Shown here: positions 44,956-54,115 of the stretch, piece after piece
Layout of the letters: each line of letters opens with the position of its first letter
How positions within the stretch are numbered: position 1 is the first letter of the stretch
IMG/VR virus record: IMGVR_UViG_3300043313_001099
Span: 1-64,000 of that record
DNA: 64,000 bases
Source of the DNA: a virus
Direction: 5' to 3' (one strand)
Notes under the pieces: generated by a model
What the model saw: only the letters and a program-made list of their open reading frames with translations
What the model was told of the DNA's origin: nothing
Database searches by the model: none
Program-made: the position numbers and the translations under genes

Positions 44956-45384
44956 CCTCTCCTGCTCCAGCCGGCGCTCAACGGCGGCGAGCTGGTCGGT
45001 CAGGGTGTCGACGTTGAGCTCCGCCAGGTCCCGCCCGCGCTGGGCGGCTGCCAGCTCCGCGCCCATGCGCTCCTCGGTGATCCGGACAGCCTCGTCCACC
45101 AGCCGCCGGAACCGCTCATCGCCGGCCAGGCTTCGCCGGAGGTAGTCCAGTGCAGGGCCGGGGGTGATCGTGCCAGCACCGGCGTAGAGGTCGGCGCACC
45201 GCTGGTACACATCCAGCACGGCCGGCGGGGCGGTGGCGTCCCGGGCCGGGCACGGGTCGCCGGCCCACGTCGCGTAGGTCTGCCCGCAGGACGTGCAGCG
45301 GGAACCGGGGCCTCTGCTGGATGTCCAGCGGTGGCCGGAGCGGGCCTCCTCCTCCACCCATGCCGGGTCGCGGGGGGCGGTCAT
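44941..45384 (-). CDS. Hypothetical protein with small Zn-binding motif and coiled coil
   Basis: HRW...CTSCG...PCP; ATGA coupling. Confidence 0.6.
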   Translation of the reverse strand: MTAPRDPAWVEEEARSGHRWTSSRGPGSRCTSCGQTYATWAGDPCPARDATAPPAVLDVYQRCADLYAGAGTITPGPALDYLRRSLAGDERFRRLVDEAVRITEERMGAELAAAQRGRDLAELNVDTLTDQLAAVERRLEQERMARQ

Positions 45385-46028
45385 GTCCGGGGCCAGGTAC
45401 CGAGGCGGGCGGCGGTAGCCAGGCAGTACAGGGAGCGCACGAGGTTGCCCGGACCCACGCCGCTGGTCGCCCACATGTCGTCCCGGTCCACGAGGCGCAC
45501 GGTGTCCTCCAGGGGCTTCCCCCTCATCCGGGTGAGGCCGTAGCCGTAGCCGTTGATGTCGACGGCGGTGACGGTGCGGACCTCGACGCGCTTCCGGTTG
45601 TTAACGAGGCTGCGGACGCCGCGTAGCTGAGCGGCCCGGTCCTCATCGGTGAGATCCTCCTCCGCCACCATCCAGCCCTCATTCATAGCGACAACGGCGG
45701 CGATGCCGTCTCGGGCGTCGGCGTAGGCCAGGGCCGGCAGGTCGCGGTCCGGGGCGGGGAGGGACAGGGCGGTCGTGCGGAGGTCGTCGGCGGGGTTGTC
45801 CAGGCCGGTGCGCCAGGCCCGACTGGAGACCGGGCGGACCTCAACGGCGTTGGTGTCCAGGTCGGCCAGGTGAAGGGTCCAGACGCGGGCCGGCTGGTCC
45901 CATCCGAGCCGCTCCCCCTCCCGGGCCTCGATGGAGCGGAGGGCACAGATCAGGCCGTCCCGTTCACGGTTGCCGGTCACGTCCTCCCAGCGGCCGAGGA
46001 TGATGCGCTTCCGTTCGATGTACGCCAT
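45381..46028 (-). CDS. PPA1309-like protein (start ATG 46028)
   Basis: GWDQPARVW.L and R.EVR...AV motifs; AAAGGAG RBS. Confidence 0.55.
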   Translation of the reverse strand: MAYIERKRIILGRWEDVTGNRERDGLICALRSIEAREGERLGWDQPARVWTLHLADLDTNAVEVRPVSSRAWRTGLDNPADDLRTTALSLPAPDRDLPALAYADARDGIAAVVAMNEGWMVAEEDLTDEDRAAQLRGVRSLVNNRKRVEVRTVTAVDINGYGYGLTRMRGKPLEDTVRLVDRDDMWATSGVGPGNLVRSLYCLATAARLGTWPRT

Positions 46029-46062
46029 GCCGGCGGGGTCTCCTTTGCTGGTAGGGGTGTCG

Positions 46063-46103
46063 TTACGGAGTAGTGTACGGGATCGTTTACGGGGCGGTAC
46101 ACT
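46063..46103 (+). promoter_or_regulatory. TA promoter/operator: (T/G)TACGG x3 at 12-bp spacing plus TACACT -10 (leaderless)
   Basis: Repeats at 46063, 46075, 46087; TACACT 46098; a divergent TACACT on the - strand at 46072-46077. Confidence 0.6.
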
Positions 46104-46109
46104 GCTTCC

Positions 46110-46367
46110 ATGACGAGGATGCTGCGGGTCTCTGCCGACACCCATGAGAGGCTGCTCTCGCTGGTCCGGGCCGAGTACCCGGGCCGGACCGTGAACGATG
46201 TGCTCGGCGTGCTCCTCGATGAGCATTGGGAGCGGCAGGCCATCTTGGCTGTGGACTCCACGTCGGACGCCGAATGGGAGGGATGGCGGGCCGAGATGCG
46301 TGACCTTGACCGGCTCGGTAGCCCCGACGTTGACCCGTGGGTCCACTCCACGGAGCAGGCCGCGTGA
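46110..46367 (+). CDS. Antitoxin (RHH-like N-terminus, acidic C-terminus)
   Basis: MLRVSADTHERL; GTGA overlap with the toxin gene. Confidence 0.8.
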   Translation: MTRMLRVSADTHERLLSLVRAEYPGRTVNDVLGVLLDEHWERQAILAVDSTSDAEWEGWRAEMRDLDRLGSPDVDPWVHSTEQAA

Positions 46368-46699
46368 TCCCCGATCCGTGGACCGTGTGGTGGGCCGACC
46401 TCGACCCGACAGAAGGGCACGAGCAGGGTGGGCACCGGCCGGTCGTGGTGATCTCCTCCCCGCTGCATGTCCGCCTCACCCGGGGAGAGCTGGTCACGGT
46501 CGCGCCGATCACCAGCCGCGACCGGCCGACCTGGCTGCACCGGGTACCCGTCGTCACGCCCCGGGGAACCTCGTACGTGGTAGCCGAGCAGCTCCGCAGC
46601 ATCGCGGTTGCCCGGTTGGGTGACCGGCCAGCCTGGCGGCTCACCCCGCACGAGGCGGCGGCGGTACGGCAGGTCCTCCGGCGCATGGTGGACTTCTGA
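46364..46699 (+). CDS. mazF: MazF/PemK family endoribonuclease toxin
   Basis: WWADLDPTEGHEQGGHRPVVVIS, VAPITS, EQLRSI...RL. Confidence 0.92.
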   Translation: MIPDPWTVWWADLDPTEGHEQGGHRPVVVISSPLHVRLTRGELVTVAPITSRDRPTWLHRVPVVTPRGTSYVVAEQLRSIAVARLGDRPAWRLTPHEAAAVRQVLRRMVDF

Positions 46700-46822
46700 C
46701 CGCCTCGTGTACGGTGATGCTTGCGAGCCCTAATTCGTGATCTACCCCGTGGGCAGTAGCTCCCAGAAGTGAGCCCGGTCCCCGTCCGGACGGTCGGCGG
46801 CCGGGCTTCACGCTGTCCGGGG

Positions 46823-47572
46823 TCAGCGGCGACGCCCCACCTGCCGGGCGAGGAGCTCCAGGGTGTACTGGCCGTACTCCTCCAGGGTGAGGGAGTGGCC
46901 GCAGTTGTCACAGGTGATCGTCTCCGTGCCGACCAGCCAGTGCAGTCCGCGTTCCCCACAGCCCGTGGTGCGGGAGGAGCAGCGCCACTTCTGGCAGCGG
47001 AGATCGCCGTGGATGCGGCAGGGCACCAGCGGGCAGGGACCTTCCCGGGGCTCCCGGGCCTCGGTGACTCCCCGGTACCGGCGTACCCGGCGGCACAGGT
47101 CCGCGAGCTGTACGGCGGCGTCCGCCCCGTCCATGTCTACCGGCTCCGCCTCGCCGTAGCGGAGGACGCCGGCCGGCGGCAGGGAGCGGAGGGTGGGGAA
47201 GTGCTCCAGGAGGATGCGGCCGGCGCGGGCCACTGCGACATGGCCGCGCACGCCGCGCTCAGCTACGTCGGCGAGGCCGGCGGCGGCGGCCACGGGTACC
47301 GCCCACATCTCCAGGGTCCAGCGGATCTCGCGGGCCATGGCGTCCGCGCCGAGGTTGATCGGGATGGCGGCCTCGACGCTGCGGGAGCCGGGCATGGAGG
47401 AGAGGCCACGGCCGACCAGTTGGCCCTGCTCATCTCCGAGGGCCTCGTAGTGGTCGGGGAGCTCCCGTACCGCCTGGATGGCGTGGCGTTCGCAGGGCCA
47501 GCACAGCGCCCCCCCGGTGTCATCCGAGGGGGCGTCGCGGTTGCGGCAGTAGGGGCCGAATCGGCAGGTCAT
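46823..47572 (-). CDS. Multi-Zn-finger phage protein
   Basis: C....YC, LCWPC, GPCP, CG, CDNCG motifs. Confidence 0.7.
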   Translation of the reverse strand: MTCRFGPYCRNRDAPSDDTGGALCWPCERHAIQAVRELPDHYEALGDEQGQLVGRGLSSMPGSRSVEAAIPINLGADAMAREIRWTLEMWAVPVAAAAGLADVAERGVRGHVAVARAGRILLEHFPTLRSLPPAGVLRYGEAEPVDMDGADAAVQLADLCRRVRRYRGVTEAREPREGPCPLVPCRIHGDLRCQKWRCSSRTTGCGERGLHWLVGTETITCDNCGHSLTLEEYGQYTLELLARQVGRRR

Positions 47573-47952
47573 TGGGCGGCGAGTCTCGGGGCGTCCACGG
47601 CGACCGTCAGGAGGCGGCGGCGCAGGCCGGGGATGGCCGGACCGCGCAGGCCGGCCGAGGTCTCCAGGTCCCGCTGGGCGGGCTGGATCGGGGAAGCGGG
47701 GACGGTGCGGCCCTCATCGGCCGGGCCACCGATGGCCTCCAGGAGCTCCTGCGTGACGGTGCGGATCAGGTGGTCGGCCACGGACTCGATGATGGCCGTC
47801 GCGGCGTCGATCCAGGCGGCCCGCTGTGCCTCCGGGAGGTCATCCCAGGAGGGCATGTTCAGGCCGGCGTGGTTCTTCCAGTCGGCGCGGCGGCCGTAGG
47901 CGTGGTAGCCGATCTGGGCCGGTGCGGCGGCCGGGGGAAGGGTGGGTGACAT
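47569..47952 (-). CDS. Hypothetical protein (start ATG 47952)
   Basis: GYHAYG...MPSWDDLP..QRAAW; GAGGGAG RBS. Confidence 0.7.
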   Translation of the reverse strand: MSPTLPPAAAPAQIGYHAYGRRADWKNHAGLNMPSWDDLPEAQRAAWIDAATAIIESVADHLIRTVTQELLEAIGGPADEGRTVPASPIQPAQRDLETSAGLRGPAIPGLRRRLLTVAVDAPRLAAQ

Positions 47953-48048
47953 GCGAGTTCTCCCTCGTCGGGTAAGGGGTGGGTGCGCCGGGCACTGTAA
48001 CGGAACCAGCCGCCGTGGTGTCGCTGACACGGCGGCCGGTTCTGCTGG

Positions 48049-48240
48049 TCAGCGGCGTGTCTCGGCTCGGTGGGCAATGAAGGCCGCGAGGTTGCAGGCG
48101 GCAATGAAGATGGCGAACCACATCGCAACCGTGCGGCGGTTGACGACGGCGAATCCGATGGCTACCAGGCTGGAGAAGTAGCAGCCGAGGAGGAACACGT
48201 CCACCATCGGCCGAGGGTCGATGCGGCGGAGCCTGCTCAT
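48049..48240 (-). CDS. Small 2-TM membrane protein
   Basis: Two hydrophobic helices; ATGA coupling. Confidence 0.55.
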   Translation of the reverse strand: MSRLRRIDPRPMVDVFLLGCYFSSLVAIGFAVVNRRTVAMWFAIFIAACNLAAFIAHRAETRR

Positions 48241-48602
48241 CGGCCATTCCAGGTCAGCTCGAAGATCGCCGGCCGGTCCGCCGTGGCGGCGTGCCGGGGC
48301 ACGATCCTGTACCAGGCGCGGCAGCCGCCCCGGGTCGGGTTGCCCCGGCGGTACGCCCACGGCTTCCCACACTCGATCAGGCAGTTGTGCCGGTCGGCGC
48401 GGTCCACGGCCCAGCGGGAAACGAAGGTGGCGATGCCGCAGCAGGGGGCGGTGACCCGGTACCGGGCGTCGTCGCCTTTCTCCGGCCGGTGCAGGGTGGC
48501 CTCTACGAGGATCGGCTCCCCCTTGCGTACCGAGGGGCGGCCGGTCGGCGTCCGCAGCTCCTCCCTGGTGTAGATGTGCGGCGCGGCGTCCACGGCGGTC
48601 AC
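48237..48602 (-). CDS. Cys-rich hypothetical protein
   Basis: PCCG, ECG, GCR; GTGA coupling. Confidence 0.6.
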   Translation of the reverse strand: MTAVDAAPHIYTREELRTPTGRPSVRKGEPILVEATLHRPEKGDDARYRVTAPCCGIATFVSRWAVDRADRHNCLIECGKPWAYRRGNPTRGGCRAWYRIVPRHAATADRPAIFELTWNGR

Positions 48603-49039
48603 CGCTCGCCCATCTCGGGCCGAACGTGCAGCGCGATGCCGAGGGCGTCCAGGACCACCTGGCCGTTGGTACGGTCAAAGCGGCACAGGATGTCTCCGAG
48701 GCGGTCGATCTGCCGTCCCGTGGCCAGGCCGACCGCAAGGCGGAGCGCGCCGAACGCAGAGCTGGACAGGTAGCCGATCCACCGTGCGGACTCCGGGGCC
48801 GGGTCGGAGCCGGCCAGCTCGGCGGCGTCCAGGGCGGCGCACAGTTCCCGCCACTGGGCGGATAGCCCCTCCGGGTCGGCGTGGAGGCAAGCCCGGAGGC
48901 CGGCGTGCTCCAGGAGGCTGCCGCCGTTGAAGCCGGTCAGGATGGCAATGGCGGCCTGCCGGTTGAGGTCATCGTTGCGGTGTGTATGGCGGAGGGCGGC
49001 GGCCAGGGCGGCCTGCGCGGCGGTGCGTACGTCGATCAT
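48599..49039 (-). CDS. Hypothetical protein, likely paralogue of 54873..55538
   Basis: AA..IL...LL, W..L, AL.LA..LA, L..FD..N..V..AL. Confidence 0.65.
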   Translation of the reverse strand: MIDVRTAAQAALAAALRHTHRNDDLNRQAAIAILTGFNGGSLLEHAGLRACLHADPEGLSAQWRELCAALDAAELAGSDPAPESARWIGYLSSSAFGALRLAVGLATGRQIDRLGDILCRFDRTNGQVVLDALGIALHVRPEMGER

Positions 49040-49494
49040 GGGGTCTCCTCGGGCGTGACGTTGTGGCCTACCCGGTTGCCGATGGAGTGGGCGCGGGCCA
49101 GGTGTCGGGCGGCGTCGGCCATCAGGAACAGGGCGGCCTGCACGGCCTCCGTGTAGGCGGTGTGTGTGGCAGCCAGGGCGGCCGGCTCATCGGTGCGGCC
49201 GGTCCTGGCGTCCGTCACGTACGAGCCGGGCAGTCGGCACAGCTCCCTGAACCTGTCGGCGGTCTGGGTCAGGGTCTGATCCAGGAGAGCCAGGGCCCCG
49301 TGGATGTTGCCGGTCAGGTAGCCGACGCCGGAGGCGTACGGCAGGCCGGCAGGGTTGGCCGTGGCGTAGTTGAGGTACCGGACCAGCTCGTAGACGAGGG
49401 AGGCGGCGCGGGCGGTGTTGTCCTCCGTGTGCGGGCCGTTGAGGGGGAACAGGTACCCGGCCAGTTCGCGGGTGTCCTCGGGCAGGTCGGTCAT
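49036..49494 (-). CDS. Helical hypothetical protein
   Basis: ELVRYLNYAT motif; ATGA coupling. Confidence 0.65.
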   Translation of the reverse strand: MTDLPEDTRELAGYLFPLNGPHTEDNTARAASLVYELVRYLNYATANPAGLPYASGVGYLTGNIHGALALLDQTLTQTADRFRELCRLPGSYVTDARTGRTDEPAALAATHTAYTEAVQAALFLMADAARHLARAHSIGNRVGHNVTPEETP

Positions 49495-49682
49495 CGGCGT
49501 GCCGGCATCGCGCGGGCGGCGAAGGCAAGCTGCTTCAGCCTGGTGGCGTCCGCGACCAGGCTCGTGAGCTGGTCAGGGCGGAGGGTATCGATGATGGCCT
49601 TGGCCTCCTGCTCGTCTCCCTGCATGAGGGCGAGCAGGGCCTCGGTCTGCGGGTGGGGGGTTTCCGGGTGCTGGCGGGACAT
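49491..49682 (-). CDS. Small hypothetical protein
   Basis: CCCCGACAGGAG start motif. Confidence 0.65.
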   Translation of the reverse strand: MSRQHPETPHPQTEALLALMQGDEQEAKAIIDTLRPDQLTSLVADATRLKQLAFAARAMPARR

Positions 49683-49775
49683 GCCGCGCCTCCTGTCGGG
49701 GTCGGGATCGGGATGCCGGTCGGCTCTCCCCCGCGCGCACCCGGGCGGTACCCGGGCACGACGGGGGCGGGCCGG

Positions 49776-50351
49776 TCAGCGGCCGTCACTGTCTCGGTCA
49801 TCGACGGCAGGCCGGCCGCCGATGCAGGACCAGTGCGCGTCGTACGGCCGGCCGCCAATGATGTGGAGGTCATCCTTGCTGGTCGGCTCGCCACACACCC
49901 GGCACAGCACGGCCGGTTCCTCGGCCGGGGTCTCATCGGGCTCCTCCCAGCGGTGGAGGTTCAGGGTCCGGACGCCCCGATTGGTCCGCGACGTGTGGGA
50001 GAACTCCCAGCCCTCGGCCTCGGCAGCAGTGCGGGCGGCGGCGAGTTGCGCCTCCTCCTCGTCCTGCGGCACGCGGTCAAGGTAGACGGTGCGGGTGGCC
50101 CGACGGAGGCCGACGCGGGACAGGTCGCCCACTCCAGCGCCGTCCGGCACGCGGGTGAACTGGCCGGCGAGGATCTGAGTCCACTCGACGGCGGACAGCT
50201 CCAGGTCGATCAGGGTCTCCCCCGAGGTGCTGTCGCGGACGTGGAGGTTGACGTAGCGGCCGGCCTCGTCCGCCTTGGGGTAGCCCTCGGCGTTGGTGAC
50301 CGGGTAGGCGAGCTGGACCAGGGCCTCAACCTTGCGGGCGATGCGGCTCAT
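49776..50351 (-). CDS. Hypothetical protein with C-terminal Zn finger
   Basis: GAGGAG RBS; CRVCG...HWSC. Confidence 0.65.
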   Translation of the reverse strand: MSRIARKVEALVQLAYPVTNAEGYPKADEAGRYVNLHVRDSTSGETLIDLELSAVEWTQILAGQFTRVPDGAGVGDLSRVGLRRATRTVYLDRVPQDEEEAQLAAARTAAEAEGWEFSHTSRTNRGVRTLNLHRWEEPDETPAEEPAVLCRVCGEPTSKDDLHIIGGRPYDAHWSCIGGRPAVDDRDSDGR

Positions 50352-50387
50352 GCGGGTAGTGCTCCTCTCGGGGGTCAGGTTGCCGGT

Positions 50388-50558
50388 CTATCGGATCGGC
50401 CGGGCACTGTGTGGCCGGCCGAGGTCACTGGCGTCGATGTGACGCCAGTACGGGTCCTTGCAGTCGACCCACTCGATCGGGCCGTTGCAGGTGTGGCAGA
50501 CCATCCATGCGGCCTGCTGCCAGGTCTTCTCGCGGTCGCCAGGGGAAGTGGTCGACAT
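50388..50558 (-). CDS. Small Zn-binding protein (MSTTSPG...)
   Basis: AAAGGAG RBS; CHTC...WRH...H. Confidence 0.55.
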   Translation of the reverse strand: MSTTSPGDREKTWQQAAWMVCHTCNGPIEWVDCKDPYWRHIDASDLGRPHSARPIR

Positions 50559-50578
50559 GCGGTGGTGCTCCTTTCGGG

Positions 50579-50959
50579 TCAGACTGCGGGAGTGAACTGG
50601 AGGTGGCTGAGTGCGCCCGGCGCGTACTCCATGGTTCCGACGCGGGACCAGGTGCCGCCCGGGTAGACCTCGATGACGGGGGAGCCGGCGCGGGCCAGCA
50701 TCGGCATGACGTAGATGCTGGCCGTGGTGAGCAGGCCGGCGCGGAGGAGGGCGTCCAGGTCGTTGCCCATCGCCAGACGAAAGTCCTGGCTGGACATCGA
50801 CAGCGGGATGCCGAGTCCTTCGCCCACCAGCCGGTGCGCTGCGGTCTTGTTGGCGGCGGCCACGAGGACTCGCGCCTGACTGGTGTGCCGGGGCAGGCCA
50901 AGCGCCTCGGCCATCTGCGGCCCAATGAATCCGCTGTTGCCGAGTGTGAACACCTTCAT
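50579..50959 (-). CDS. Hypothetical protein
   Basis: GAGG RBS; codon usage. Confidence 0.6.
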   Translation of the reverse strand: MKVFTLGNSGFIGPQMAEALGLPRHTSQARVLVAAANKTAAHRLVGEGLGIPLSMSSQDFRLAMGNDLDALLRAGLLTTASIYVMPMLARAGSPVIEVYPGGTWSRVGTMEYAPGALSHLQFTPAV

Positions 50960-51049
50960 GATCTGTCCTCTCTTGGCCAGGGTTGGCCTGTCTGGCTTCC
51001 TCCGGCACGCCCGGCCTCTGTGGTACAGGGCCGGGCGTCCCGGGGTGAG

Positions 51050-51238
51050 TCAGTGGTCGATCCGCTCGTACAGCTCCCAGCCGAGTCCCTGGCCGTTGTC
51101 GACCCAGATGATGGTGCAGACGGCTTTACCGAGGTTGCCGATTTCGCCGCACCGTTCGTACGCCTCACGCTCGGACGGGACGGGGACCATATCTCCGCCG
51201 TCCGTCCGGATGGCCCACTTCCTGCTGGGCTTGCCCAT
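51050..51238 (-). CDS. Small hypothetical protein
   Basis: CCCGACCAGGAAGG start motif. Confidence 0.6.
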   Translation of the reverse strand: MGKPSRKWAIRTDGGDMVPVPSEREAYERCGEIGNLGKAVCTIIWVDNGQGLGWELYERIDH

Positions 51239-51327
51239 GGTCTGTCCTTCCTGGTCGGGTTGGTGTTCCTTGGTTCAGGCCGGGTGAGGGCCGCGCGGTC
51301 GGGACGCTGCGACCCCCACCCGGGGCC

Positions 51328-51672
51328 TCAGTGGCAGAAGCCGTTGACCAGTTCCGGGCGGCAGTCCGCGTTGTGGCCAAGCTCGAAGCTCCGGCGGTGC
51401 TCGCGGACGCTCTCCGCTACGTGGTGGGTGTAGTCGGAGCGGCCCGGCTGGGCGTCGGCCTCCAGAACGGCGTCGCTGCTCTCGTCGTAGGGGAAGCGGA
51501 CCGGGTTGCCGGCGGAGTTCTTGGCGGCGGCCTGGATCGCCAGGTCGCGGGCGCGGATGCCGGTGCGGGCGATGTGGGTGCCCCTGATAGGGCTGGCCTC
51601 GTGGGCGCGCTCGGCTTGGTCCCGAGCGGCCAGCCTGAGGAAGGTGGCTCCGGCGGGGTCCGTGTGCTTCAT
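51328..51672 (-). CDS. Hypothetical protein
   Basis: First gene after P4; AGGAGG RBS. Confidence 0.65.
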   Translation of the reverse strand: MKHTDPAGATFLRLAARDQAERAHEASPIRGTHIARTGIRARDLAIQAAAKNSAGNPVRFPYDESSDAVLEADAQPGRSDYTHHVAESVREHRRSFELGHNADCRPELVNGFCH

Positions 51673-51700
51673 GCTGGCCTCCTGAGGGGATCTCGTCTGC

Positions 51701-51742
51701 CTTACGTCTACTAGGTTACTCCTCGGCTAGACGTAGTGTCAA
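51701..51742 (-). promoter_or_regulatory. Repeat promoter P4 (variant spacer)
   Basis: TTGACA ctacgtctagccgaggag TAACCT agtagac GTAAG. Confidence 0.8.
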
Positions 51743-51780
51743 CTGTCCTGCGGGAGTAACCTTCCCACCCATCTCCACGA

Positions 51781-51821
51781 GCCGGGGGCCTGGCGCGCCA
51801 TCCGGCCACCAGGCCCCCGGC
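51781..51821 (-). terminator. Hairpin upstream of P4
   Basis: GCCGGGGGCCTGG/CCAGGCCCCCGGC. Confidence 0.7.
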
Positions 51822-51828
51822 AGCCCGC

Positions 51829-52245
51829 TCAGTCCTCCGTGGGCTGCATGACGGTAATGACCCGCTCCCCGTCATCTCCCGGGTGAACCACGACCTTGAG
51901 GAGGACTGCGCGGGGGTGGGCATCCAGGCCAGCCCGGGACACGCGGCGCAGCCTGAACAGGGTGCGACCGCCCTTCCGGCCCTGAGTGCGGATGGCGTCC
52001 CGCAGCATTCCGAGCACGTTCCAGAGGCGGCCCGTCTCGTCCTGCGAGATGCCCTTGCGGTTGCTGTCGGCCTCGGTCCAGGCCACGCAGTTCTCCCAGG
52101 CGGCGCGGGTCAGCGCAACCGGGGTGTCGATGATGCCGGCGTTGCTGAGCAGTTCCGGATCAACGGCGATGAGGCTGCCGTCCGCGAGCATGTCGGCGCG
52201 GCTGTAGGCGTCGATGGTGTCCGCGTTGGTGAAGAAGTGGGTCAC
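51829..52245 (-). CDS. DUF6573-like protein (start GTG 52245)
   Basis: AYSRA..LADG.L, PVALTRAAW..CV.W, QDETGRLW.VL, PGDDGE.VIT.M.P.ED. Confidence 0.8.
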   Translation of the reverse strand: MTHFFTNADTIDAYSRADMLADGSLIAVDPELLSNAGIIDTPVALTRAAWENCVAWTEADSNRKGISQDETGRLWNVLGMLRDAIRTQGRKGGRTLFRLRRVSRAGLDAHPRAVLLKVVVHPGDDGERVITVMQPTED

Positions 52246-52376
52246 AGGTCCTCCGGTGCGATCGGAAGTGGTCCAGCTCCGGGCTGGCTCCGCGTAGCAC
52301 TCGGGGGCGGGTGCTCCGTGGGGTCGGTCCGGGGGCCGGCGCGCCCATCCCCGGGGAGGGGCGCGCCGTGGCGGCG

Positions 52377-52712
52377 TCAGATGTAGAGGCCGGACACCAT
52401 GTCCAGGGCGTGAGCCTGCCCGGCCAGGGCGTGCAGGACCTTGCGGACCTGCTCGGCCATGGCGTCCTCGTAACGGGTCGGGGCCAGGGTGTACATCAGG
52501 GTGGGAGTGATGGTGTTGCGCAGGTACCACCAGAGCTTCCAGCCGGAGTCGTCACCGCTGACCTCGACGGCGTGGATGCCGGGGTACTCGATGCCGATGG
52601 AGTACAGGGTGCTGCTGAGCGGCTCGGTCCAGGTGCCCTTGACGTGGACTCCGGCCTTTTCGAGGGCGGCGGCGAGGAGGGTGTGGGCGGTGGCGTCGGG
52701 CTTGAGGTTCAT
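52377..52712 (-). CDS. Hypothetical protein
   Basis: First gene after P5; CCCCGACAGGAG. Confidence 0.7.
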   Translation of the reverse strand: MNLKPDATAHTLLAAALEKAGVHVKGTWTEPLSSTLYSIGIEYPGIHAVEVSGDDSGWKLWWYLRNTITPTLMYTLAPTRYEDAMAEQVRKVLHALAGQAHALDMVSGLYI

Positions 52713-52742
52713 GCCGGGGTCTCCTGTCGGGGGAGGATGTCG

Positions 52743-52783
52743 CTTACAGACACGAGGTTACGCGCCCTGATACCTCGTGTCAA
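52743..52783 (-). promoter_or_regulatory. Repeat promoter P5 (fully symmetric copy)
   Basis: TTGACA cgaggtatcagggcgcg TAACCT cgtgtct GTAAG; perfect inverted repeat GACACGAGGT-N13-ACCTCGTGTC. Confidence 0.9.
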
Positions 52784-52806
52784 GTTCCGCCGGCGGACCT
52801 GAACGC

Positions 52807-52842
52807 AGCAGCGCCCCCGCCGTGATCGACGGGGGCGCTGCT
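52807..52842 (-). terminator. Hairpin upstream of P5
   Basis: AGCAGCGCCCCCG/CGGGGGCGCTGCT. Confidence 0.7.
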
Positions 52843-52889
52843 TGGCGGTACCGAACTCGGGATTGGCAGTCCTGACAGGAGGCTACCAG

Positions 52890-53405
52890 TCACCGACCCG
52901 CTCGCGCACGGTCGGCGTCATCCTCGAACCGCTCCCCGGGCTGGGGGATCACGACGAACTGTGCATCGGCCCAGCGGCACACGTCCTCGTCGGCCGGCCC
53001 GTACTGCACGTACCACGCCTCATCCGTCCAGTCGGCGTCCGGGTACGGCCGCTCCTTGCGGTGCGCCAGGAGCACGCCGACACCCCGGTACCAGTCAGGC
53101 TTGACGCCGGAGCCGTGCACCGACCTCCAGATCGAGGTGTACTCCACTACCAGGTCTCCGACCTGCGGGGCGTAGATCCGGGCGTACATGCGCTGCACCA
53201 CGGGGGCAGGGTTACCGACCAGGACGGCGCGGGTCAGGTGGAATGTGGAGCTGGCCAGCCAGCGGCGCACCTCCACGGCCTCGTCCTCAAGGGACAGCAG
53301 GGTCAGCATGTCAGCGGAGATCACCGGGCGGGGGAGGTCCGGCCCGGCCGTCGGTCTCTCCGGTGAGCGGGTGATGCCCTCCCACGGCTGCGGGTACTCA
53401 GTCAC
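52890..53405 (-). CDS. Hypothetical protein (start GTG 53405)
   Basis: GTGA coupling. Confidence 0.6.
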   Translation of the reverse strand: MTEYPQPWEGITRSPERPTAGPDLPRPVISADMLTLLSLEDEAVEVRRWLASSTFHLTRAVLVGNPAPVVQRMYARIYAPQVGDLVVEYTSIWRSVHGSGVKPDWYRGVGVLLAHRKERPYPDADWTDEAWYVQYGPADEDVCRWADAQFVVIPQPGERFEDDADRARAGR

Positions 53406-53716
53406 CACACCTTGCCTCCGAGCAGGTTGAGCAGGCCGAACAGGCCGGCGATGAGCAGGCCAGCACCGGCCGCGCCGGCCGCCATGTTGATCGCCCCGTC
53501 CACGCCGCACGCCACCAGGACCCAGCCCAGCGCCGAGAAGAACAGGGCCGGCGCGACGAACGCCAGCATGAGGCGGGTCGGTACCACGTACTGCCGGCGG
53601 GGTGCGCCGAGGCCGCAGCGCTGGCGGGGCTGCCAGAACCAGCGGCGGCGGTCGGTCAGGAGGTCGTAGGGACGCAGGGCGTACCCCAGGCGTGTCCACC
53701 ACCACGGCCTACGCAC
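53402..53716 (-). CDS. Small membrane protein
   Basis: Two C-terminal TM helices; start uncertain. Confidence 0.5.
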   Translation of the reverse strand: MRRPWWWTRLGYALRPYDLLTDRRRWFWQPRQRCGLGAPRRQYVVPTRLMLAFVAPALFFSALGWVLVACGVDGAINMAAGAAGAGLLIAGLFGLLNLLGGKVW

Positions 53717-54113
53717 TGCGGGCCGCCGCGCTGCGCCGGTCGAGTGCTTCCACCATCTGCACAGCAACGGCCGCCAGTTGGATCAGCTCGTCGCGCAGCC
53801 TGGTCGGGTCCTCCTCCGCGATGGCCTCCGCGTACTCCTCGGTCAGGATGTGCTCAAACGCCGTCGTGCCGTCACCGCCCTCGTGCTGCGAGGCCGCCTT
53901 GCAGCGGGCCTTCGCCCAGGTGGCCACGTCGCCGGCCACGAGGTCGTAGTCCACGGTCATCGGCACGCCGCACAGCCGCACCTCCGGTCCGGTACCCATC
54001 GGCAGGTGACTCTGGTCGCCGTGCTTCCGGAACTGACGGACACGCTCCAGGGCAATCTCGTCCAGGACGCGGCCAGTCGCCTCGATGGCTTCCAGGTCTC
54101 TGTCCCTACTCAT
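53709..54113 (-). CDS. MazG-like all-alpha NTP pyrophosphohydrolase (start ATG 54113)
   Basis: EI..ER.RQ..K.G, ILTEEYAEA, LRDELIQLAAVAV. Confidence 0.8.
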   Translation of the reverse strand: MSRDRDLEAIEATGRVLDEIALERVRQFRKHGDQSHLPMGTGPEVRLCGVPMTVDYDLVAGDVATWAKARCKAASQHEGGDGTTAFEHILTEEYAEAIAEEDPTRLRDELIQLAAVAVQMVEALDRRSAAARSA

Positions 54114-54115
54114 CG

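Noticed and set aside
52749-52781. Repeat promoters as ssDNA (Frpo-like) hairpin promoters
   Set aside because: They are already complete dsDNA promoters, the inverted repeat is short, and TraB transfers dsDNA; an operator role is more parsimonious
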